In this document: positions 46,581 through 55,986 of the stretch, in pieces
How positions within the stretch are numbered: the first letter of the stretch is position 1
Layout of the letters: each line of letters begins with the position of its first letter
From: an uncultured Verrucomicrobiae bacterium
GTDB taxonomy: Bacteria > Verrucomicrobiota > Verrucomicrobiia > Chthoniobacterales > UBA10450
Reading direction: 5' to 3'
DNA length: 64,000 nt
Assembly: GCA_963738045.1 (NCBI GenBank)
Contig: CAVTUX010000005.1
Coordinates: 548,715 to 612,714, forward strand
Translations under genes and position numbers: made by a program
The notes under the pieces: model-generated
The model's input: only the letters and a program-made list of their open reading frames with translations
Database searches by the model: none
What the model was told of the DNA's origin: nothing

Positions 46581-48732
46581 CTAGAAATTGTAGCTGACCG
46601 TTCCGTAAAAGCCGCGGCGCTGGCCGTATTGCGGCGCACCCACTCCGATGCCACTGCCGTCACGCAATTCATAAATCCGATCAAACAGGTTGACGACGTC
46701 GAAACGCACCCTCATCGAGCGTTGGTCGCCGAGCGAGATGCTTCTCTCCAGACCGAGGTTGCAGGTAGCATAGGAAGGAACCTTCTGCGTGTTGGCAAAG
46801 CCTCGACGGAGCCCGCTTCCGTAGAGCGCATCGGTCGAGAAAGTCCACTCTTTCCAGTTGTAGGCGACGCCGGCCGAGCCAGTCACGCGCTGATCGTGAT
46901 CAAGAAACACCGCATGGTTCTTAATGTAGTCGAACTCATTCGGATCGAAGAGAAACTGCGCCGAATCGACGTGCTCACCGGTGGCATGTTCGACACCAAG
47001 GTTCAGGTAACTGTAGAAGCCGCCGTGCTCGTAGCTGGCAGTTAGTTCGCCGCCATAAATTTGTCCAGTGCGGTAGTTGAAGGAAGAGAGAATGAGGGCC
47101 TGACCGAACTGGCCTTCATCGAGAATGTTATGCGCCTGCTTGTAGTAACCATCGAGCCCGAACTGGAAACCATCGCCGATCTTCTGCGAGACGCCGGCGT
47201 CGAAGTAATTCGCCCGCTCCGACTTTACGGGCGAGTTGAGGGTGATGGCGGCCTCATTCGTCGTGCCGGCAAATTCCGCGATCGGTACTCTGGTTAACAT
47301 TTTCAAGCGGAGGCGGGGTGAAATAACGCGCGTAACCGGCATGGAAGCTGGTCGATTTCCACGGATTGTAAACAAGGTTAACCCGGGGACTGAACTGATC
47401 CTCTGTCAGGATCTCATTGGCCAGATCGAAGCGGCCCCCGAAGTTCAGTGTCAGTTGCTCGAACGGTTTCCACTCATCCTGCAAATAGGAGCCAAAGAAA
47501 TATCCGTTCTCACTCGAATTATCGACGATCCGAAACGGGACATCGCTGGTTTGATTGCCTGCTGCATCAACCGGAAAGACCAGAGTCGAAGTACCAACCG
47601 GCGCGTACGCTCCGGTAAAGAACAATCCGCCGCGCAGGGTATTATGCTCGTTAAGACCATAACTCATATCGAGTTCCGTGCCGTTGGTGATGACCTGTCG
47701 ATTGACCCGCGAAGCAACCCCGTTGAAGAACAGATCCCCGGTATTATCCGGCCGGAAGAGGACGCCGCTGTAGCTTGTAAAAATCGAGGCCTGCAGGTTG
47801 AAAACATCCGATTTCTTTTGGTAGGTCAGGATGCCGTAGGATGAATTTTCCGCCTGGTTCTCATTTAGCTTCGCGGAATTAAACTCCGTGCTTCCATTGA
47901 CGGCGAATTCCGTCGGCAGGCCCGGGGTGTTCGGAATCTGGAAATTGGCTTCGGCCCCGCCCAGTATGAGCCCGAGTCGACTCGAGTCATCGATGATGTA
48001 GGAGAGATAGGCGAACTCTTTGAATTGATCGGTGTCGTCGTGGATCGGGGTGTAGCTCGAGGTTGGATTTTCGATCCCAATCCCGTTGTGAAGATAACTT
48101 CCGGTCACGTAATAGGTGAGTTTCCCCGCGAGGCCTCCGTATTCGAAACTCGGCATGATGGTATCAAAGCTGCCGACTTGAAGCGAAGCTTCGCCCCCGG
48201 TAAAGGCAGCTCCGCTTTTGGTATGAATGTCGATCACGCCAGTGGTGCGGAAACCGAACTGCGCGGGGAGCGCTCCCGTGATGAGAGAGATGCTGTCTAT
48301 CATCCGCGTTGAGAGTTCCTGGCCGAAGCCGGCGATGCCTTCCGGCAAGAGGACATCATCGAGGCGGTATTGCAGATTGGCGTGCTCTCCGCGCACGTGA
48401 AGCTGGCCGAAGGAATCCTGCGCGACACCCGGAAAACGCAGAATGGTTTGATTAAAGGCAGCGTCTTCGCCTTGCGCCTGCTCACCCAGTCGATCTGGTC
48501 CGACGGTATAGCGAGTGGCTCCGAGGCTGGGCACGATTTGCTCGCGCGAAATGTCGAGTGCCTGACTGGTCACGACGATGCTGTTCGTTGTCGCCCTTCC
48601 CGGCGTAGCGCTCGGACTGGGGGAAGGACTGGGCGACGCAGCGCTCAAAGTCGGCGAAGGGATCGCGTCCTGCGCGATCACGAGGGTGGCGCTGCTGAGG
48701 AGCGCGAAAGTAAAAGCAGTAAATTTCTTCAA
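46581..48732 (-). pseudogene. TonB-dependent receptor split by a +1 frameshift near 47276-47283
   Basis: ORF 47254..48732 (signal peptide, plug, barrel up to ...GYARYFTPPPLENVNQST) and ORF 46581..47375 (...IAEFAGTTNEAA... ending GFYGTVSYNF) overlap in adjacent frames. They join at AGTACC-G-ATCGCGG on the coding strand. Confidence 0.85.
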
Positions 48733-48898
48733 AATATTTTTCTCCTGGTGGCAATTGACCTAACGAATGGAACAGGCGCACCACGAGAAGTGGCGGCCTA
48801 ACGAACCAAGGCGTGCGCGATTCGCGCCGCTTGCTCAGCCGGGACGGGATATCCCGCGGTCGCGGGACTTCGTGCGAAACAGGCGGCGGGATGAAGCG

Positions 48899-49210
48899 CT
48901 AGGAGAGCGCAGGCGGCGCGTGCTCGAAGATGCGAGCGCCGAAGAACGGCGCGGCCACCCAGACGGGAGCGAGCGCCGGAATTTTCTCAAAAACAATTGC
49001 TGGTTCCGGCGCGACGAAGACGGGCGGCGCGTCCGCCTGCTCGTATTTGCCGGTCGCGATCAGCGTGACCGCGCACTCGTGATCCGGCGAACCCGCATCG
49101 GCATGAAACCGCGCATGCAGTTGCGGCGAAGCGGCGAGCGCAAGCGCGAACAGAAAAGCCAAAAACAAGCTGCTCGCGACAACGGCGCGGAGTTTGACGC
49201 GGAAGCTCAT
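48899..49210 (-). CDS. small membrane-anchored protein with His/Cys motif, upstream of the TonB receptor
   Basis: ORF 48899..49336; ATG 49210 gives MSFRVKLRAVVASSLFLAFLFALALAASPQLHARFHADAGSPDHECAVTL. Co-directional with the receptor gene and 166 nt upstream of it. Confidence 0.5.
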   Translation of the reverse strand: MSFRVKLRAVVASSLFLAFLFALALAASPQLHARFHADAGSPDHECAVTLIATGKYEQADAPPVFVAPEPAIVFEKIPALAPVWVAAPFFGARIFEHAPPALS

Positions 49211-49341
49211 GGCAAGCGGGAGGTTGTGATCAAACTGAACGGCGCGCAAGCGTTTTCTCCCGCGAGGCGCAGCATCGGCCTCGTCGGAGAAACTACTTGC
49301 TCCCTGCCGCCATGCGTCGGTTACTCCAACTCGCACAATTC

Positions 49342-51171
49342 ATGGCTGAACCTCTTATCGAAGCGCCGGGTGTGCATCGGCCCCGCAACGTCGACTGGAA
49401 GCGCGCCGCCGCGTTGCTCTACGGCGACTGGGGCACGAGCAAAGCCTATGTCATCGGGCTCGCTTTCGTCGCCGCCGGGTTCGCGTCATTTCCCCTTATC
49501 CTCGCGGTTTGCGCGCTGACCGCGGTCGTCGGTTTCAACTACATCATTGTTTGCGCGCACTTTCCCGATGGCGGTGGCGTTTATTCCGCGGCGCGAGAAC
49601 AAAGCCGGTTCCTCGCCTCGGCCGGAGCACTGCTCCTGGTAGCGAATTTTATCGTCACCGCCGCGCTCAGCGGTTGGGCCGCAGTGAGCTACTTCGGTGT
49701 GCCGCCGGAATACGCGCGGGTCGCAACGATGGGGCTCGTGGTCGTAGTCGGGGCGATCAACTTCTTCGGGCCGAAACACAGCGGCAGCGTCTCAATTTAT
49801 CTGGCGGTTCCGGCCGTCCTGACCGTCATCATGATCATCGGCTTGAGCAGCGGTCATCTGAAGACCGATCATCTTGAGCCGGCGCATGAGGACTATGCGG
49901 TCGCCTGGACGCAATTCGTCGGCGTCATTCTCGCGCTGAGCGGCGTGGAAGCGGTGGCCAACATCACGGGCGTGATGAAACTCGATCCCGACTCAACGCC
50001 CGAGCATCCGAAAGTCACGCGCACAGCGGCGAAGGCAATCATCCCGGTGGCGATCGAGGTGGTCGGCGGGACGGCGCTCCTCGGGTGGGCGATGCTCTCG
50101 ATGTCCAAAACCTTTACTCCGCAATTGACCAATCATGCGGAGGACATGCTCCGCTTTCTCGGCGAACACTATGGCTCGCTGACGGTTGCTCCTTGGTTTG
50201 GAAGCGCATTCGGTCTCTTCGTCGGCGTGGTCTTCGGGCTGCTGCTTTTCAGCGCGGTCAATACCGCGGTCGTCGCCCTCATTGGAGTCATCTACATGAT
50301 GGCGCAGGACGGCGAGATGCCGAAGCAACTGGCTCGCCTCAATCGCTACGGCGTTCCGCGCGTTCCACTCTTTGTTGCGGTTGCCATCCCAATCCTTGTT
50401 CTTGCTGTGACGCGAAAATTTGAGGCGCTTGCCGGCCTCTACGCGATCGGCGTGGTGGGCGCGATCGCAGTCAATCTCGGCTCCTGCACCTTCAACAAAA
50501 AGCTCGGGCTCGCCTGGTACGTCCGACTTCTGATGGGCGCGACCTTTCTGGTTTTGGCCGCGGTGGAAGTGACGATCGCGAAGACCAAACCCGACGCGCT
50601 CTTTTTCGCGATCTGCGTGCTCGGGATCGGCCTTTCCCTGCGCGCCTATTCTCACAAGCTCTCGGGATTGAAAACCCTTACGATGACAAAGGAAGTGGCG
50701 GAGATGGTCGCGCCCGATCTCCCGGCAACGCTCAGGCCGCGGCTCGAGGAAGGGCAGAAGATCATGGTCGCGGCGCGCGGAATCAATCCCGTCCTGAACT
50801 TCGCGCTGGAGGAGGCCCAGCTGCGCAAGGCAGTACTCTGCGTCGTTTATATCAAGGAGATCGCGGTCTATTTCGCCGATGTGCCGCGGGTGCTCGGGCG
50901 CGCAAAATGGGAGGACGATGCGCAAGCACGAGCGATCATGTCCCTCATGCTGAAGGAAGGCGAAACGCGCGGGATTTGCGTGCAGCCGGTTTACGCGGTG
51001 AGCGAAGACCCTTCGGCCACCATCCTCGATCTGGCGGCGACGTTGGGTGTCGATTACATCATCCTCGGCGCATCCCAGCGCCATACCCTGGCGGATTTGC
51101 TCAAAGGCAGTGTCGCGACCCAGATCGCGCAGCACCTTCCCGATTCGATCCGGCTGGTAATCTTCGGGTAA
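49342..51171 (+). CDS. APC-superfamily KimA-like (putative K+) permease with C-terminal USP domain, paralog 2 (intact)
   Basis: ORF 49297..51171, with likely ATG at 49342. LLYGDWGTSKAYVIG and HFPDGGGVYSAAREQSRFLASAGALLLVANFIVTAALS resemble B. subtilis KimA (YPQGGGAYIVSKENLG...LLVDYILTVAVS, from memory). About 12 TM helices. USP-like tail VDYIILGASQRHTLADLLKGS. Confidence 0.8.
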   Translation: MAEPLIEAPGVHRPRNVDWKRAAALLYGDWGTSKAYVIGLAFVAAGFASFPLILAVCALTAVVGFNYIIVCAHFPDGGGVYSAAREQSRFLASAGALLLVANFIVTAALSGWAAVSYFGVPPEYARVATMGLVVVVGAINFFGPKHSGSVSIYLAVPAVLTVIMIIGLSSGHLKTDHLEPAHEDYAVAWTQFVGVILALSGVEAVANITGVMKLDPDSTPEHPKVTRTAAKAIIPVAIEVVGGTALLGWAMLSMSKTFTPQLTNHAEDMLRFLGEHYGSLTVAPWFGSAFGLFVGVVFGLLLFSAVNTAVVALIGVIYMMAQDGEMPKQLARLNRYGVPRVPLFVAVAIPILVLAVTRKFEALAGLYAIGVVGAIAVNLGSCTFNKKLGLAWYVRLLMGATFLVLAAVEVTIAKTKPDALFFAICVLGIGLSLRAYSHKLSGLKTLTMTKEVAEMVAPDLPATLRPRLEEGQKIMVAARGINPVLNFALEEAQLRKAVLCVVYIKEIAVYFADVPRVLGRAKWEDDAQARAIMSLMLKEGETRGICVQPVYAVSEDPSATILDLAATLGVDYIILGASQRHTLADLLKGSVATQIAQHLPDSIRLVIFG

Positions 51172-51252
51172 GAAGAACTTTAGGTGTTAAGCTTCAAGTA
51201 ACCGGCTCGTCCATGCCTTCTTAAGACTTAAAGCTTCATTCTTAAAACCATT

Positions 51253-52842
51253 ATGCCACTGCAAGTTCTGATCGCAGATTCGATCTCCCAAAGAGGAATC
51301 GATGAGTTGGGCGCGGGCGGCGTACTCTCCGTTACCGTGCGCACCGGCCAAAGCGAAGCGGAGCTGGTGCAGTTGATTCCCGAATTCAGCGCCATCGTGG
51401 TGCGCAGCCAGACGAAGGTGACGGCGCCGATCTTGCAGGCCGGTTCGCGGTTGCGCGTGGTTGGTCGTGCCGGGGTTGGAGTGGACAATGTGGATGTTGA
51501 AGCCGCGACCCGACGCGGTGTGATCGTAATGAACACGCCCGGCGGCAACACCATCTCGACCGCGGAGCACGCCTTTTCCCTGCTTCTTTCGGCGGCGCGC
51601 AAGATTCCGCAGGCGCACGCCAATCTGCAATCCGGCAAATGGGACCGGAAACAATTTGAGGGCGCCGAGCTTTACAACAAAACGTTAGGCATCATCGGCA
51701 TGGGAAGGATCGGCTCGGAGCTGAGCCGGCGCGCGATCGCTTTCGGCATGCGGGTCCTGGCCTACGATCCGTATCTCTCCTCGAGCCGGGCGCGCTCGCT
51801 TCAGGTCGAGCTGATCGAGGAACTCGATGAGCTCCTGCCGCTGGCGGATTTCCTCACCCTGCACACTCCGCTTACGCCTGAGACGCGACATCTGCTCAAC
51901 GCTGCACGCCTGGCAAAAACCAAACGCGGGGTGCGGCTGATCAATTGCGCGCGCGGCGGTCTGATCGATGAGACCGCCCTTCTCGAGTCGTTAGGCAATG
52001 GCCAGGTAGCGGGCGCGGCCCTCGATGTCTTCGAAACGGAACCGCTCCCGGCCGATTCGCCATTACGCGGAATTCCGAACCTGATCCTCACTCCACATCT
52101 CGGCGCCTCGACCGTCGAGGCCCAGGAAAGCGTCGGGATCGAAATCGCGCAGGCGATTCGCGCTGCGCTCCTCGAGGGAACGATTCGCAATGCGATCAAT
52201 ATGCCGAATCTCGACGCGAAAACACTCGCCATCGTCGGGCCGCATCTGCGTTTCGGCGAAAAGCTCGGGCATTTCCTCTCGCAGGTTTCGCTCCGGCGGG
52301 TCGAAAATCTCCACATCAACTACAGCGGCAAGGTCAATGAAGTCGACACCACCGCGATCACACGCTCGATCCTGAAAGGCTTCCTTCAGCTCGCCGGTGG
52401 CGACAACGTCAACGAAGTCAACGCGCCGGCCTTTGCCGAAACGCTAGGCCTGAAGGTCACGGAATCGCGGCTCAGCGCGCCGGGCGATTACACCGATTTG
52501 CTCGAACTTTCCGCGGTCGCCGAAGGGAAAACAGTTTCCGTCGCCGGGGCGTTTTTCGGCGCCACGCCGCGCATCGTCAGCATTAACAACCGGCCGGTCG
52601 AAGCGCGCCCGCACGGCGTCGTCCTCGTCCTCGAAAATACCGATCGCCCGGGCATGGTCGGCCGCATCGGGACGCTTCTCGGCGCGCATGGAGTCAACAT
52701 TGCGACGATGTCGCTAAGCCGAAACCAGGCGGGCGGCCGGGCCCTGACCGTGCTCAATCTCGACACCGCGCCGCCGCCCGAATTACTCGCCGAGATCGCG
52801 GCCAGCGATGACATTCACAGTGCGCAGGTGGTACAGCTTTGA
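51253..52842 (+). CDS. serA: D-3-phosphoglycerate dehydrogenase (long form with ACT domain)
   Basis: 529 aa. NAD motif GIIGMGRIGSELSRRA, catalytic region NCARGGLIDE...TPHLGAST, and a C-terminal ACT domain. Confidence 0.93.
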   Translation: MPLQVLIADSISQRGIDELGAGGVLSVTVRTGQSEAELVQLIPEFSAIVVRSQTKVTAPILQAGSRLRVVGRAGVGVDNVDVEAATRRGVIVMNTPGGNTISTAEHAFSLLLSAARKIPQAHANLQSGKWDRKQFEGAELYNKTLGIIGMGRIGSELSRRAIAFGMRVLAYDPYLSSSRARSLQVELIEELDELLPLADFLTLHTPLTPETRHLLNAARLAKTKRGVRLINCARGGLIDETALLESLGNGQVAGAALDVFETEPLPADSPLRGIPNLILTPHLGASTVEAQESVGIEIAQAIRAALLEGTIRNAINMPNLDAKTLAIVGPHLRFGEKLGHFLSQVSLRRVENLHINYSGKVNEVDTTAITRSILKGFLQLAGGDNVNEVNAPAFAETLGLKVTESRLSAPGDYTDLLELSAVAEGKTVSVAGAFFGATPRIVSINNRPVEARPHGVVLVLENTDRPGMVGRIGTLLGAHGVNIATMSLSRNQAGGRALTVLNLDTAPPPELLAEIAASDDIHSAQVVQL

Positions 52843-52927
52843 CGTTCGTTAGGCCGCCGCCGGCGCGGCGAGAGGGCCGGAACAAAAGGATTGCCGGCCC
52901 CGGGCCTGATTCCTAGCATAACGAGAT

Positions 52928-53182
52928 ATGGGCGCAATTATTTGGACACTGATCATTGGGCTGATTGTCGGCGGCATCGCCAAGCTCCTCATGCCGGGGC
53001 GAGATCCCGGCGGTTGCATCATTACCATCCTGCTCGGTATCGCCGGCGCCTTCATCGCCGGCTATCTCGGCCGTCTTGTCGGCTGGTATCAACCGGGACA
53101 GACAGCGGGCTTCATCGCCTCGGTCATCGGCGCCATGATCCTCCTGCTGATCTACCGGATGATCTCGGGCAAGCGAGGTTGA
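52928..53182 (+). CDS. GlsB/YeaQ/YmgE family stress-response membrane protein
   Basis: 84 aa. GAIIWTLIIGLIVGGIAKLLMPG...ILLGIAGAFIAGYLG is typical of the transglycosylase-associated family. Confidence 0.88.
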   Translation: MGAIIWTLIIGLIVGGIAKLLMPGRDPGGCIITILLGIAGAFIAGYLGRLVGWYQPGQTAGFIASVIGAMILLLIYRMISGKRG

Positions 53183-53309
53183 TGCCTAACGAACGGCTTG
53201 ATTACCCATCGACTCGTTCCGCTTGGACTGGGGTCGACGATCGGTTAGGGTGACGGGCGCGGAAGAATCATCCCCGCTAATCCCGAAACCTTAACTGGAG
53301 GATATTTCC

Positions 53310-53819
53310 ATGCTCACGAGCAAAAAAGTGGTCAACGCGATCAACAAACAGATCGGTAACGAATTTGGTGCTTCCCTGCAATATATCGCGATTGCGGCCT
53401 ATTTTTCGGGCGAAGCTTTGCCGCAACTGGCCGAACATTTCTTCCAGCAGGCGGCCGAGGAAAACGATCACGCGATGCGTTTTATCAAATACGTGACGGA
53501 CGCCGGAGGTCAGGTGGTGATTCCTGCGATCGCGGCGCCGCAGCCGACTTTTCAGAACGCGGAGGAGGCCGTCCAACTCTCTCTCGACCAGGAAGTGGAA
53601 GTCACCAAACAGATCAACGCGCTGGTGGAATTGGCCCGCTCCGAGAACGACTACATTACGAACAACTTCCTCCAGTGGTTCCTGACCGAGCAGCTCGAGG
53701 AAGTTTCCTCGATGGACACGCTGCTCAAGATCGTGCAGCGGGGCGCGGCCAATCTTCTGAGCGTGGAGGAACATCTGGCCCGGGTCGGCGTGAAGAGGGC
53801 AGGCATTGGTGAGCACTGA
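53310..53819 (+). CDS. ftn: ferritin (non-heme, Ftn-like)
   Basis: 169 aa. Ferroxidase ligands in the NEFGASLQY, EENDHA and EQLEE contexts. Confidence 0.88.
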   Translation: MLTSKKVVNAINKQIGNEFGASLQYIAIAAYFSGEALPQLAEHFFQQAAEENDHAMRFIKYVTDAGGQVVIPAIAAPQPTFQNAEEAVQLSLDQEVEVTKQINALVELARSENDYITNNFLQWFLTEQLEEVSSMDTLLKIVQRGAANLLSVEEHLARVGVKRAGIGEH

Positions 53820-53863
53820 CCGGCGGCAACACCGAAGCGGATAGTCGGCGCAAAGCGAAGCGA

Positions 53864-55735
53864 CTATTCCACCGTAACGCTTTTCGCCAGATTGCGCGGC
53901 TTATCCACATCGCGGCCGAGGGCGACGGCCAGATGGTAGGCGAAAAGTTGCAGCGGGATCACGGTCAGAACCGGCATCACAATTTCGTCTCCATCGGGCA
54001 CGATAATCGTGTCGTCCACGATTCCCTTCAGCCTCTCGGCGCCGCTCTCCGTCGTGACGGCGATGATCGGACCTTTGCGCGCCCGCACCTGCTCGATGTT
54101 GTTCAGGTTCTTGGAAAAGACGGCATCGTCGGGCGTAATGAAGACGGAGGGAAGCTCCGGTTTGACGAGCGCGATGACGCCGTGCTTCAACTCCGCGCTG
54201 GGATGGCCTTCAGCATAAAGATAGGTGATCTCCTTCATCTTGAGCGCTGCTTCGAGCGCGATCGGGAAGTTAAGTTGCCGGCCGAAGAAGAGCATGCCGG
54301 TGGAGCCCATGTACTTCCCGGCCACGTCCTTGATCTGGTCGCTCGTTTTCAGGAGTTGCTCGATCTTTTCCGGCAAGCCTTCGAGCGCTTCGATCATGCG
54401 CGTGCCTTCCGCAGTCGAGAGCTGCCGCATCCGGCCTAGCAATAAACCGATGAGATTCAGAATCACGACCTGCGAGGTAAAGGACTTGGTCGCGGCCACG
54501 CCGATCTCGGGCCCGGCGTGCATGTAAACTCCGCCGTCGCTTTCGCGCGCGATCGTGCTCGCGACGTTGTTGCAAACGCCGAGGGTGCGAAACCCCTTCC
54601 GCTGGCTCTCACGCAACGCGCCTAATGTATCGGCGGTTTCGCCGCTCTGGCTAATGGCGAAGACGAGCGTGTCGCTCGTCATCGGTGTGTTGCGATGACG
54701 AAATTCGCTCGCGTATTCCACCTCCGTCGGAATGTGGGCCAGTTGTTCGATCAAATATTCGCCGACCATCGCGGCGTGTAACGCCGTGCCGCAGCCGGTC
54801 AAAACCACACGCCCGACATCGCGCAGTTGCGCCGGAGTCATGTTCAGGCCGCCGAGCTTGGCGGTACATTCCTCGAGGCTGAGCCGGCCGCGCATCGCGT
54901 CGCGCACCGAACCGGGCTGCTCAAAGATTTCCTTGAGCATGTAGTGCGGGTAATCCCCTTTTTTGATGTCTTCGGCGGTAAACTCAACCTTGCTGATGGC
55001 GTGGTTGCCCCGCTCGCCGGCCAGTGAACTGATCTCGAATTTGTCGCGCTCGACCGCCACCAGGTCGAAGTCGTTCAGGTAAACCGCGTCGCGGGTGTAG
55101 GCGACAATCGCGCTCACGTCGCTCGCGAGAAAATTTTCATCCTTTCCAACGCCCAGCACGAGCGGGCTGCCCCGACGCGCGCCCACGATGAAATCGGGAA
55201 TATCGGCATGCACGATCGCGATGCCGTAAGTGCCGATGACCTGTTGCAAGGCCGTCCGGAGGGCTTCGACAAGGAGGGCTTTGTGCCGTCGTGGATCGGT
55301 CACGCCGACGGCTGAGTCGTCGTAGAGTTTTCCCACCAGATGGGCCAGCACTTCGGTGTCGGTTTCGGAGGTGAAATGGTGCTCGCCTTCCCGCAAGAGC
55401 GCGTCCTTGATCTGCTGGTAGTTTTCGATCACCCCATTGTGGACGAGGGCGAGCTTGCCGCTCTCGTCAAAATGGGGATGCGCGTTTTGATCGGTCGGTT
55501 TGCCGTGCGTGGCCCAGCGCGTGTGGCTGATGCCATAGGTACCGGCGGCGGGAGCCTCGGCGATCAATTTCGACAAGCCAGCGATGCGGCCGGCACATTT
55601 GCGCGTTTCAACGTGGTCGCCATCGACAATCGCGATTCCGGCAGAATCGTATCCGCGGTACTCGAGCCGGCGCAGACCATCCAGCAAAATGGGCGCGGCC
55701 TCCGCGTTTCCGACGTATCCGACAATGCCACACAT
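53864..55735 (-). CDS. glmS: glutamine--fructose-6-phosphate aminotransferase
   Basis: 623 aa. MCGIVGY nucleophile, two SIS domains and C-terminal PRNLAKSVTVE. Confidence 0.96.
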   Translation of the reverse strand: MCGIVGYVGNAEAAPILLDGLRRLEYRGYDSAGIAIVDGDHVETRKCAGRIAGLSKLIAEAPAAGTYGISHTRWATHGKPTDQNAHPHFDESGKLALVHNGVIENYQQIKDALLREGEHHFTSETDTEVLAHLVGKLYDDSAVGVTDPRRHKALLVEALRTALQQVIGTYGIAIVHADIPDFIVGARRGSPLVLGVGKDENFLASDVSAIVAYTRDAVYLNDFDLVAVERDKFEISSLAGERGNHAISKVEFTAEDIKKGDYPHYMLKEIFEQPGSVRDAMRGRLSLEECTAKLGGLNMTPAQLRDVGRVVLTGCGTALHAAMVGEYLIEQLAHIPTEVEYASEFRHRNTPMTSDTLVFAISQSGETADTLGALRESQRKGFRTLGVCNNVASTIARESDGGVYMHAGPEIGVAATKSFTSQVVILNLIGLLLGRMRQLSTAEGTRMIEALEGLPEKIEQLLKTSDQIKDVAGKYMGSTGMLFFGRQLNFPIALEAALKMKEITYLYAEGHPSAELKHGVIALVKPELPSVFITPDDAVFSKNLNNIEQVRARKGPIIAVTTESGAERLKGIVDDTIIVPDGDEIVMPVLTVIPLQLFAYHLAVALGRDVDKPRNLAKSVTVE

Positions 55736-55986
55736 GGTTTGTTAAATCGTTAAGTGCCTAAGACGTTGAAGCGTTAAGGGGTCGAGTCTGGAGGGAAGGG
55801 TGACACCGACGCCCCCGAGGCGCAAGGAAGGGGCCGTTCGACCGAATTTTAATTGCTGTTCCTTCTCTTGCTTCACGTTTTGGGCTCCGGCCAAAAGAAG
55901 ATTGGTGCGGGACCAAAAACCGGGGACAAAGCGAAATAGATCGGCTTGCCTTGCCCGGGTCGAATCGGTGTAAGTTACCCACTCAC

